From: Caldivirga maquilingensis IC-167
Lineage (GTDB): Archaea > Thermoproteota > Thermoprotei > Thermoproteales > Thermocladiaceae
Assembly: GCF_000018305.1 (NCBI RefSeq)
Contig: NC_009954.1
Location: forward strand, 1,320,001-1,352,000
DNA length: 32,000 nucleotides
Reading direction: 5' to 3'
Within the stretch, counting starts at the first letter, position 1; each line of letters opens with the position of its first letter. The notes under the pieces are model-generated. The model was not told the origin of the DNA. It saw only the letters and a list, made by a program, of their open reading frames with translations, and did not search any database. Position numbers and translations under genes: made by a program. Positions 24,173 to 32,000 of this stretch are shown here, piece after piece.

Positions 24173-26239
24173 ATGGTTAGGTATACGTGCGGGGATGTCT
24201 TGGTGAGTGGTATACCGCTTGGTGGTATTGGTTCTGGTGGTGTTGAGGTTAGTAATGATGGTAGGCTTATTAATGCTAGGTTTGCTAATAATTGGGCTTA
24301 CCCGATTAGGGATTTGAGGGGTTTTCACATTTTCATTAAGCCTCATGATGCCTCAGGGTTCTTCATGCATTGTAGAGTTAATGTGCTTGGCCTTGAGGGT
24401 AGGGGTGCCTTAATTGGCTTTGAGGGGCGTTGGCCCTTTGCTTGGCTTAGGGCATTTAGAAATGGTGTGAATGTTGAGGTTGAGGCTTTTTCACCAATAA
24501 TACCAGGGAACCTGAAGGACTCAACACTACCGGTAATAGGGTTTACTATTAGGGTTAAGGGCTCTGATGCCTTAGCCGCTGTATCAGTGCCTAATGTGGT
24601 TGGCACTAATCCAATTGGTAGAATTAATAGGAGCATTAATGGTGGCGTATTATTCACTAACAATAAGGCTCCCGATAATGATCCAGCTAAGGGTAATATA
24701 GCCCTAATTACTGAGGAGCCTAGGTTCACTATTACTCAATATAATATTAATAGTAAACCCGAGCACGCCCTTAAGGCTAGGACTTGGAAGGGTGCCTTTG
24801 AGAACCCGGAACCCTGGTTAACCATAGATAAGGGTGGTGTACCCACTGGTGAGGAGCCCCATGAGGTTACTGGGCTTTGGGATGACCCAGCAGGCTTAAT
24901 TGCCTTAAACGTACCTAATGGTGGGGAGGTTAGGTTTACCTTATCCTGGTTCTTCAATGGTAGGTGGCATTTATATAATTACGGACACTACTACGAGAAC
25001 TTCTTCAAGGATTCAAGCGAGGTTGCTAGGTATGTGCTTGATGAGTTTGATAGGCTTAGGACCAGTACCCTTGATTGGCAGAATAGCTTAATTGACCCAG
25101 CATTACCTGATTGGCTTAGGGATGCTGTAGTGAACTCAACCTACATATTAACCACCAGTACCTGGCTTACGAGGGATGGTAGGTTCAGTATCCTTGAGGG
25201 TGTTGAGGTTTGCCCATGCCATGGTACATTAGCTGGAGCATGCTATGAGACTGGTTCACTACCGGTTGTCTTAATGTTCCCTGAATTGGAGAAGTCACTT
25301 CTAAGGCAGTTCACCGAGGCCATGAGGAGTGATGGCTATATTCCACATAGCTTAGGCATCTATAGCCTGGACCATATTGAGGATGGAACCACTGCGCCAC
25401 CGAGGTGGAAGGACTTGAATTCAACATACATACTCCTAGTGCATAGATACTTCAAGAGGAGTAATGATGTTGAGTTCATTAAGGAGATTTACCCCAAGCT
25501 AATTAAAGCCTTTGAATGGGTCCTGGTTCAGGATAAGGATGGTGATGGTGTACCTGAACTCAGTGGTGATGGTGACACCGGCTTTGATGCAATGTCGGTT
25601 AAAGGCTTTGACAGCTACACTACCAGCCTTTGGATTGCGGCTTTAATGGTCATGGGTGAGTTAGCTAAGCTTATGGGTGACCAAGCTACGTTGAGTAAAG
25701 TGGAGTCAACATTACTTAAGGCTAGGGACTCCTATAATAGGCGTTGGCTTGGGGATAGGTTTAAGGCCTGGGATGAACCAGACATGGGTAAGGCATCCTT
25801 CCTGGCTCAGATTTGGGGTGAGTGGTGGAGCCTAATGCTTGGCTTAGGTCACATTACTGATGAGGATAAGGTTAAGGCCGCCATGGGCACTATAATCAGG
25901 GTTAATGGTTCAGCATCACCATACACTACACCTAATCTCGCTGATGAGGATAAGGGCATTATAGGTTACAGCCCGCAAACATACTCATCCTGGCCTAGGC
26001 TGGTTTTCACAATGATGAGTGTTGCAAGGGAGCTTGGGGTGGATGGGTGGCTTGATGTGGTTAAGAAGGAGTGGGATAACTTGGTTAGGCAGGGTTTAAC
26101 ATGGAATCAACCATCGAGAATAGATGGCAGGACAGGTAAACCTGAACCTGAGAGAGGGTTCCTTGACCATTACATTGGTAGCCCGGCGCCGTGGAGCCTA
26201 ACGTATAAGTACGCCTTAAGTAAGTTGAAGATTCATTAA
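24173..26239 (+). CDS. Glycoside hydrolase family 116 (GBA2-type beta-glucosidase/xylosidase)
   Basis: The N-terminal GIPLGGIGSGGVEVSNDGRL...FANNW is the characteristic GH116 N-domain motif. The C-terminal (alpha/alpha)6-like region has CYETGS and DGDGVPE...GDTGFD acidic motifs. The length is 688 aa. Confidence 0.78.
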   Translation: MVRYTCGDVLVSGIPLGGIGSGGVEVSNDGRLINARFANNWAYPIRDLRGFHIFIKPHDASGFFMHCRVNVLGLEGRGALIGFEGRWPFAWLRAFRNGVNVEVEAFSPIIPGNLKDSTLPVIGFTIRVKGSDALAAVSVPNVVGTNPIGRINRSINGGVLFTNNKAPDNDPAKGNIALITEEPRFTITQYNINSKPEHALKARTWKGAFENPEPWLTIDKGGVPTGEEPHEVTGLWDDPAGLIALNVPNGGEVRFTLSWFFNGRWHLYNYGHYYENFFKDSSEVARYVLDEFDRLRTSTLDWQNSLIDPALPDWLRDAVVNSTYILTTSTWLTRDGRFSILEGVEVCPCHGTLAGACYETGSLPVVLMFPELEKSLLRQFTEAMRSDGYIPHSLGIYSLDHIEDGTTAPPRWKDLNSTYILLVHRYFKRSNDVEFIKEIYPKLIKAFEWVLVQDKDGDGVPELSGDGDTGFDAMSVKGFDSYTTSLWIAALMVMGELAKLMGDQATLSKVESTLLKARDSYNRRWLGDRFKAWDEPDMGKASFLAQIWGEWWSLMLGLGHITDEDKVKAAMGTIIRVNGSASPYTTPNLADEDKGIIGYSPQTYSSWPRLVFTMMSVARELGVDGWLDVVKKEWDNLVRQGLTWNQPSRIDGRTGKPEPERGFLDHYIGSPAPWSLTYKYALSKLKIH

Positions 26240-26297
26240 TTGAATGAATACTCAAGCATGCGGAAGCTTAATTAGCTGCTTAGGCTTAGGTAAGTGA

Positions 26298-26738
26298 ATG
26301 ATTAATGGAGTAATCACATTAACCAGGAGTAGGAGGTTCAGGAGCGTGGACTTCAACATTAATGGGATCCTAGTATCAGGAATGATGATTGGTAAAGCTT
26401 ACAGTGGATTAATCGCGGTTAAGGGTTCCTTAGGAGTGTTGAGTAGTGATGAGGCTAGGGAACTGGTTCAGCATTGGGATAAGGTAACTAACTTAATAAT
26501 TAGGGTCACAGGCTCTAACTTCTACACATTCTCAGGGCCATTTCAGGCTAATGTCAATACCATTAAGTTTAACGTGTACTTCGATGTCTTCAAGAATGTT
26601 GAAGTAACCATAACACCCAATTACCTACAGTTAACGCTCCCAGACTCACGGAGGAGGTTTAGGAGTAGGGGGGAGTTATTGAGTAGGTTGGTTAAAAGTA
26701 CATTAAATATACTAAGTAAGTACACTGAGGCCCATTAG
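26298..26738 (+). CDS. Hypothetical 146-aa protein
   Basis: ORF with CTTAATTA centred about 26 nt upstream of the ATG. No motif recognised. The 3' end overlaps the convergent rpl2 by 4 nt. Confidence 0.45.
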   Translation: MINGVITLTRSRRFRSVDFNINGILVSGMMIGKAYSGLIAVKGSLGVLSSDEARELVQHWDKVTNLIIRVTGSNFYTFSGPFQANVNTIKFNVYFDVFKNVEVTITPNYLQLTLPDSRRRFRSRGELLSRLVKSTLNILSKYTEAH

Positions 26739-27502
26739 GCCTGCTGCCTCTGCTGAGTCTTAGCCTGCTGAGCCCTCCACCTAACACAACCACGCCCAGT
26801 GCACTTTGATCCGTAGAAGCCAACCTTCTGTCCAGGTGGTGCATTCTTCTTAACAGGTGTGCCACCCTGCTGGTGACTACCGCCACCATGTGGGTGCGCA
26901 TACGCGCTCATTGCCTTACCACGCACCTTCGGGTATTTCCAAGCCTTAGTCCTAGCCCTATGGTACTTGTTACCAGCCTTAACGAAGGGCTTCTCAATTC
27001 TCCCACCACCGGCGACTATGCCTATTGTAGCCCTAGCCCTTGAATCAACCTCAATCATCCTTCCACTGGGTAATTGAACCAGTGTTGTTGAATCCCTGTG
27101 AATCATCACTACACCGTAGGTTCCACTGGATCTTGCATACTTCCCACCGTCACCAACCCTCTTCTCAATGTTGCAAACCATTGTACCTTCAGGTATTTTA
27201 CCAATAGGCATTACGTTACCCGGCTCCACCTTGGCGTCGGGCCCAAACTCAATAATCTTACCCACGTAAACACCCTCAACGGCGGGTAAGTACATTTCTT
27301 CACCATTCTCTAGGACAACGTGCATTGCTGGGGCGTTTAGGCCAGTGACGTGGACTAGCTCCTTAATAATCCCCCTAATAGTAGTCTTCAACTGCTCCTC
27401 ACTGAATTGAACATACCTAAGTGGTGCAATTCTCCTCCAGCTGGGTGACCTGAATTGTGAACCACCTCTACCGGCCCTCTGCACCAGTATCTTCTTACCC
27501 AT
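26735..27502 (-). CDS. rpl2: 50S ribosomal protein uL2 (L2P)
   Basis: MGKKILVQRAGRGGSQFRSPSWRR...; HPHGGGSHQQGG; PPGQKVG...TGRG are all hallmarks of archaeal uL2. It carries a Gln-rich C-terminal tail. Confidence 0.93.
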   Translation of the reverse strand: MGKKILVQRAGRGGSQFRSPSWRRIAPLRYVQFSEEQLKTTIRGIIKELVHVTGLNAPAMHVVLENGEEMYLPAVEGVYVGKIIEFGPDAKVEPGNVMPIGKIPEGTMVCNIEKRVGDGGKYARSSGTYGVVMIHRDSTTLVQLPSGRMIEVDSRARATIGIVAGGGRIEKPFVKAGNKYHRARTKAWKYPKVRGKAMSAYAHPHGGGSHQQGGTPVKKNAPPGQKVGFYGSKCTGRGCVRWRAQQAKTQQRQQA

Positions 27503-27570
27503 TAATTATCAGGAAGTATTAAATGTGGGCTTTTTAAAAATTAACGCATCATTTAAAGCGTGAGGTTGTC

Positions 27571-28905
27571 TTAAGGTGGTGGGCTTAGGTAGCTTAAGAG
27601 GCCCTTTGATGATGAGACTATTAACGCAGGTATTGGTATTACAACGCCAAGCAGCATAACTGCGGTCATTAACGCCACTGTGTAGAGTACCATTCCTGAG
27701 GGGGCTTTGAGGCTTAAGTCCCTTGATAACCTCACGTAGTAGGGTATTGATATTACTGAGTTAATCACTAGGAATACCGCTAACCAGAGCCCAATTGGAC
27801 CTAGGTAAGCTAGTGATATTATTATGAATAATTTACTCCAGAATCCAAGAAGCGGTGGTGTACCTATGAATGAGAGGCCAAGTAGGTAACTGTAGATGCT
27901 GCCCTTATAATCACCCTTAATTATCGTGAAGAAGCCTATCTTACCTGCCGCATTAACCACAAGCTGCAGTATTAACCCGGCTAAGGCGTATGTAAGGATT
28001 TGACTTGATTTAGGTGCTATTGCTGGGGCATTGATTAAGGCCGTGGCTGCAGCAAGTATGTAACCCATGTTAGCTACACTGGAGTAGGCTAGGACCCTTG
28101 AAGCCTCCCTTGAGGTTAATGCACCTATGTTACCAATCAACATGCTTAAGGCTGACATAATCGCCGTTAACCAGAAGGTGTAGCTTACGTAGAATCCCCC
28201 TAGGCTTGTTAGGATTGGGTACGTTAACTTAACTAGGACTATAATGGGCATTATCTTAATTGTGGATGCTAATACCGACACTGGTATTGGGTCACCTGCC
28301 GTGAATACGTCAGGTACCCAAATGTGCATTGGCGCCGCACCCACCTCAAGCATTACTCCAAGTAGGGCTAGGGCATAGCCCAGCATGAATAATGGTGGTG
28401 ATGAGCCGATGAAGTAAGCTGACAATAGTATTACTGAACCAGTGAAGAAGAGTACTGTGGCTATTATGAATGCCACTATTGCCTTAATTGCAGCATCCAT
28501 GTTTTCCGGCTTAGTACTAATCTGTATTATGAAGTATGAAGCCACGCTTATTATCATGAATAAGCCCAGTAGGAATCCGAAGTATGATGCAATATCCACT
28601 GCACTGGAGCTAATTGGTACGTAGAGGGCGTATGAACTCACTAACCCTACTATAGTCATTAGGGCGTAATCAAGCCCCCTGTATTGACTGCTACTTAACA
28701 CCTTAAGGGACAGTATATTACCAATCACAATTATGTCTACTAGTATTGGGTAAACCATGTAGTTAACGTTAACCCATAGGTCAGGTAGTAGGAGTATTAT
28801 TGCAGGTATCCAAGCGTACTCCTCCCTCTTAAAGGCCAGTAATGCGGCTGTAACTAATATTGTCCCTATTACTGATGAGACTATGATATCAATGTACTCA
28901 ACCAT
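27571..28905 (-). CDS. nuoN: Complex I antiporter-like subunit, NuoN-like
   Basis: EVGAAPMHIWVPDVFTAGDPIPVSVLASTIK (NuoN-type H-x-W-x-PD-v-y motif) and AYSSVANMGYIL. The ATG overlaps the upstream stop by 8 nt. Confidence 0.75.
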   Translation of the reverse strand: MVEYIDIIVSSVIGTILVTAALLAFKREEYAWIPAIILLLPDLWVNVNYMVYPILVDIIVIGNILSLKVLSSSQYRGLDYALMTIVGLVSSYALYVPISSSAVDIASYFGFLLGLFMIISVASYFIIQISTKPENMDAAIKAIVAFIIATVLFFTGSVILLSAYFIGSSPPLFMLGYALALLGVMLEVGAAPMHIWVPDVFTAGDPIPVSVLASTIKIMPIIVLVKLTYPILTSLGGFYVSYTFWLTAIMSALSMLIGNIGALTSREASRVLAYSSVANMGYILAAATALINAPAIAPKSSQILTYALAGLILQLVVNAAGKIGFFTIIKGDYKGSIYSYLLGLSFIGTPPLLGFWSKLFIIISLAYLGPIGLWLAVFLVINSVISIPYYVRLSRDLSLKAPSGMVLYTVALMTAVMLLGVVIPIPALIVSSSKGLLSYLSPPP

Positions 28906-30871
28906 ACACCATCACCAGCACCAATACTATTAATAGTATTACCACAGTCGCCAGGTAAATGTACCTAACGTACTGGTTCAGTAAACCAACCTGAATCCTC
29001 CTAATAACCCTTGAGAAACCTGTGAACAATGATGGTATAAGCGTGTTGAAGAGTACATCAATTCCATGGCTTATTAAGTAGGCGAACTCTATGAGGGCTC
29101 TCCCAAAGCCCGCTAGGATAACATCCATGAATGCCTGTATGTAATACCTACGTTCAAAAATGGTTGTTAAATTACTTAATGATGGTGCCCTTGGTTTAAT
29201 AAGCGCGGTAATGAAGATTACCCAGAGGAATACACCAATACCCACTACATACGCATCATAGCCAGGTTCAACCAGTATTGATGGTACATGTAGAGTAAAT
29301 GGTATTGCCACTGTGGCTAGGGCCACTGTGGCCGTTAAGGTGTATGATATAGCCATTATTAATCCACCGTGCCCAGACTCCCTATGCTCCACCCTACCCC
29401 CCTTAATGAAGTTGAGGGAAGTGAATCTGGCTAGGAAGGCTACGTAGGCTATGCTTGCAAGTATCAGTAGTGCATATGAACCCCAGCCCACTGTTTGACT
29501 CACAGTGGAGACTAAGTCATCCATTGAGGCGTGAACCCAGTAACCGGCAAACGGTGGAATGCCTCCCAGGGTTATTGCAGCGGCTATTGTTGAGTAGAAG
29601 GCTAGTTTCATCCTCTTAGCCAACTCAACATCACCCACATTAAACCTGGTCCCAGTCTCATGAATCAAGTGACCACTGACTAGGAATAATGTAGCCTTAG
29701 ATAAGGCGTGTATTATTAAGTATAGGAAGGCAACCAGTACAGCTGTAGGAAGCACGTACTCACCGATGGTTACTGCATTGTTTAAGTAAGGTGCAACAGC
29801 GGTTATACCCATCATTAACCCCAGTGACGCCATGGTTGAACCAGCTAGGATAACTTTCCTCTCATCAACGGCTAAGGCGAATAATGAACCAAGTAAGGCT
29901 GTTAGTAAACCAATATAGATAACCACCAGGTAGGTTACCAATACTCCACTTGATGTTAACACCCCTGCACCGTATAGGGATAGGGTAAGTCTCATGAATA
30001 CGTAAACACCTGCAGCAACCATTGTGGCTGAGTGAAGTAATGCGGAAACACTGGTTGGACCAGTCATGGCTGTGAGGAGCCAGTCATTGAATGGGAATTG
30101 AGCGCTCTTAGTGAATGGGCCAAGCAGGAAGGCGATGAGAACTATGGCTGTTCCAGCGGTACCCAGTACGCTTATTAAGTGACTCCAGTTTATCATATTG
30201 AAGTCTAGGCTGCCTCCAAATATCCCTATTGCCGCTAAGGCACCCAGCATGGGCATGTCACCGAACCTTATTGTAACAATAGCCCTATAGGCGGCGTAGG
30301 ATGGTGTAGTCCACGCTGGCTTACCAAGCACCATGTCACCCAGCTTCCCAACGAAGGATATTTCATCATCATCTCTGAACCAATTACCTATCAACGCCCA
30401 TGAACTTAGACCTAATCCCTCCCACCCTATGAACAACAGGAGTAGGTTATTGGAGTAAACGAGCAGTAGCATTGATGCTGCGAAGGTGTTGTAGAAGAAC
30501 CAGAACCAGCCAAGCCTATAGTCATTAGCCATGTACTCCAGGCTGTATACACCTATTATGAAGGCAAGCCAAGCTGTTAATAACCCCATATACCTGCTCA
30601 GGAAGTCAACTATGAATGACACGTACATTGTGAAGATACCTGGCACCGAGATCCATGGGTATGAGTAAATAATGGTCTTCATCGGGTACGCAATGGCTAT
30701 GTATGTTGAAACTAATGCAGCCACACCAAGCCCAGTCACAGCAAGATACTCCAGTGGGCGTGCCTTACGGTTATCCTGCTCAATAACCCAGTACACTGAC
30801 ATTGGTGAAGCAAACAGTATGGGCACTAGTGTCATTAAGGCTATTAAGGTGGGGAGAATGGACTCATACAT
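28898..30871 (-). CDS. nuoL: Complex I antiporter-like subunit NuoL
   Basis: FIGWEGLGLSSWALIGNWF and AMTGPTSVSALLHSATMVAAGVYVFMRL match NuoL signatures. The length of 657 aa leaves room for the long C-terminal lateral-helix extension. Confidence 0.85.
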   Translation of the reverse strand: MYESILPTLIALMTLVPILFASPMSVYWVIEQDNRKARPLEYLAVTGLGVAALVSTYIAIAYPMKTIIYSYPWISVPGIFTMYVSFIVDFLSRYMGLLTAWLAFIIGVYSLEYMANDYRLGWFWFFYNTFAASMLLLVYSNNLLLLFIGWEGLGLSSWALIGNWFRDDDEISFVGKLGDMVLGKPAWTTPSYAAYRAIVTIRFGDMPMLGALAAIGIFGGSLDFNMINWSHLISVLGTAGTAIVLIAFLLGPFTKSAQFPFNDWLLTAMTGPTSVSALLHSATMVAAGVYVFMRLTLSLYGAGVLTSSGVLVTYLVVIYIGLLTALLGSLFALAVDERKVILAGSTMASLGLMMGITAVAPYLNNAVTIGEYVLPTAVLVAFLYLIIHALSKATLFLVSGHLIHETGTRFNVGDVELAKRMKLAFYSTIAAAITLGGIPPFAGYWVHASMDDLVSTVSQTVGWGSYALLILASIAYVAFLARFTSLNFIKGGRVEHRESGHGGLIMAISYTLTATVALATVAIPFTLHVPSILVEPGYDAYVVGIGVFLWVIFITALIKPRAPSLSNLTTIFERRYYIQAFMDVILAGFGRALIEFAYLISHGIDVLFNTLIPSLFTGFSRVIRRIQVGLLNQYVRYIYLATVVILLIVLVLVMVYG

Positions 30872-32000
30872 GCATTATCACCCCTATTGCACTTAGTACT
30901 GAGTGAACTAATGCTGTTGATATGGGTGGGAATAGTAGTATGACGCTTGTTAAACCAAGTACGTAAAGCGGCACCACCAGCTTATTACTTGGCTTAGTTT
31001 TAGTGTAAGGCCACCTTGGTTGTCCATAGAAGACTTCCTTAAGTGCCCAGAAGCCGTATGTTCCAGTTAGCAGGAATAGGAATGCTAAACCCACGAAGGC
31101 CCATAGAGTGCTTAGACTGAAGCCTAGTGTTGTTAATAGGCCTAGGAATAGGAAGAATTCACCCAGTAACCCAACAGTGAATATGCCTGCTAAGCTCATC
31201 CAACCAAGCAATGCCGCACCGCCTATTGATGGTATGTAGTTCTGGAGTCCACCCATCTTAGACATATCAAGTATATCATATTGAACAATAATTGCCCCAG
31301 CAGTCATGAAGAGGACTGCCTTACCTAATTGATGCGCAATGAAGTGTAGTGTTAAGCCCACTATACCATATGTACCTAGTGTTAAACCAGCCAGTAGGTA
31401 AGCCATGTTAGCCACAGTTGAGTAAGCCAGTAACCACTTGTAGCTATGTCTCTGCCTAAATACAGCGAAGCTAACTAATATGCCACCTATTATGGCGTAG
31501 GCAAGTAATGGTGTCCTAATTGATGTTATGAAGTACGGTGATATTAAGTATATTCTAGCCAGTATGTATGATGCTAAGCCAACAACTGATATTATTAATG
31601 CTGCAACCGGTGTTGGATGCATGCCGTGCGCCCAAGGTAACCAAACGTGTGGGCCATAGCTTGGTAGCTTTATCAACATGCCGATTAGTATTAAGACCCA
31701 GGCCACAGGTGGCACGTACTTTATTGCGGCTAGGTTCATTGTCCCATTAGTTAATGCAACTATAATTGCACCCACTAGGAATAGTACACTGGCGACGTGG
31801 GTATAGACGAAGTAAAGTAAGCCTATCCACTGTCTAGTTCTCCCGTAGCCGTCATAACCGTAGAAGTATATTAGGAGGAATGATGATATTAAGGATACTT
31901 CAAGGCCTATGTACATGAGGAGTAGATTATATGCGTACACTATCCACTCCATTGATATGCCGCATAGTATGAATAATGGGTAATATATGTTGAACTCCTC
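30864..32000 (-). CDS. nuoM: Complex I antiporter-like subunit, NuoM-like (5' end probably beyond the right edge)
   Basis: HVWLPWAHGMHPTPVAALIIS and AYSTVANMAYLLAG. The frame stays open from the listed Met (31952) to position 32000 (EEFNIYYPLFILCGIS-MEW...). The listed 362 aa is short for this family, so the gene is most likely N-terminally truncated by the window. Confidence 0.7.
   Translation of the reverse strand, partial: EEFNIYYPLFILCGISMEWIVYAYNLLLMYIGLEVSLISSFLLIYFYGYDGYGRTRQWIGLLYFVYTHVASVLFLVGAIIVALTNGTMNLAAIKYVPPVAWVLILIGMLIKLPSYGPHVWLPWAHGMHPTPVAALIISVVGLASYILARIYLISPYFITSIRTPLLAYAIIGGILVSFAVFRQRHSYKWLLAYSTVANMAYLLAGLTLGTYGIVGLTLHFIAHQLGKAVLFMTAGAIIVQYDILDMSKMGGLQNYIPSIGGAALLGWMSLAGIFTVGLLGEFFLFLGLLTTLGFSLSTLWAFVGLAFLFLLTGTYGFWALKEVFYGQPRWPYTKTKPSNKLVVPLYVLGLTSVILLFPPISTALVHSVLSAIGVIMHV

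Noticed and set aside
1761-31750. Numerous 60-146 aa ORFs in the track lie antisense to, or out of frame within, larger genes. Examples are 1761..2018, 2481..2696, 3042..3251, 3819..4031, 4241..4438, 5376..5804, 6375..7400, 7458..7664, 8250..8453, 8893..9180, 10696..10899, 11970..12410, 13329..13565, 14157..14441, 15325..15534, 16283..16465, 17229..17465, 19348..19548, 20164..20409, 20832..21113, 21668..21916, 24343..24957, 26692..26901, 27098..27289, 28442..28624, 30672..30896 and 31568..31750.
   Set aside because: Each is fully embedded in a longer ORF with clear family motifs on the other strand or frame. Their translations are low-complexity (Ser/Thr/Leu/Pro-rich) with no recognisable motifs, as is typical of shadow ORFs.

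Overview
The window looks like a gene-dense, mostly housekeeping stretch of a crenarchaeal chromosome, probably of Thermoproteales type. This placement is an inference from several features: an fba-pfp operon with PPi-type PFK residues, a GAT-QueC fusion, a TRASH-domain copper cluster, an intron-bearing tRNA, and TATA-like boxes about 22-27 nt upstream of most start codons, which suggests leaderless mRNAs. From left to right I can support: a partial MFS transporter; tRNA-Val(UAC) with an intron; an ACT-domain protein; a copper cluster (CopA P-type ATPase, an unlisted 56-aa TRASH/YHS protein, a divergent Lrp-TRASH regulator); SecY; a TtuA/Ncs6-type tRNA thiolase; a polytopic membrane protein; AlaX; an APC permease; archaeal class IA FBP aldolase plus PPi-phosphofructokinase; GAT-QueC; an MglA-like GTPase with a Roadblock partner and a 102-aa protein; a G1 (eqolisin) glutamic peptidase; a membrane gene split over three frames; a divergent pair of small basic proteins; a small Rieske protein; gamma-glutamyltransferase; a DoxX/HxlR divergent pair; an orphan Opp-type solute-binding protein with a Thr-rich anchor beside a GH116 glycosidase; a 146-aa hypothetical; ribosomal protein uL2; and three antiporter-like complex I subunits (M-like, L, N), the last running off the right edge. 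I see no CRISPR array, rRNA, transposase, integrase or recognisable defence system. Nothing here is compelling evidence for a new system. The best candidates for a second look are the divergent small basic protein pair sharing one TATA box (17602..18326), the GTPase/Roadblock/102-aa module (14479..15945), and several apparent frame or start anomalies and intergenic palindromes. All family assignments come from motif recognition by eye. No searches were run.
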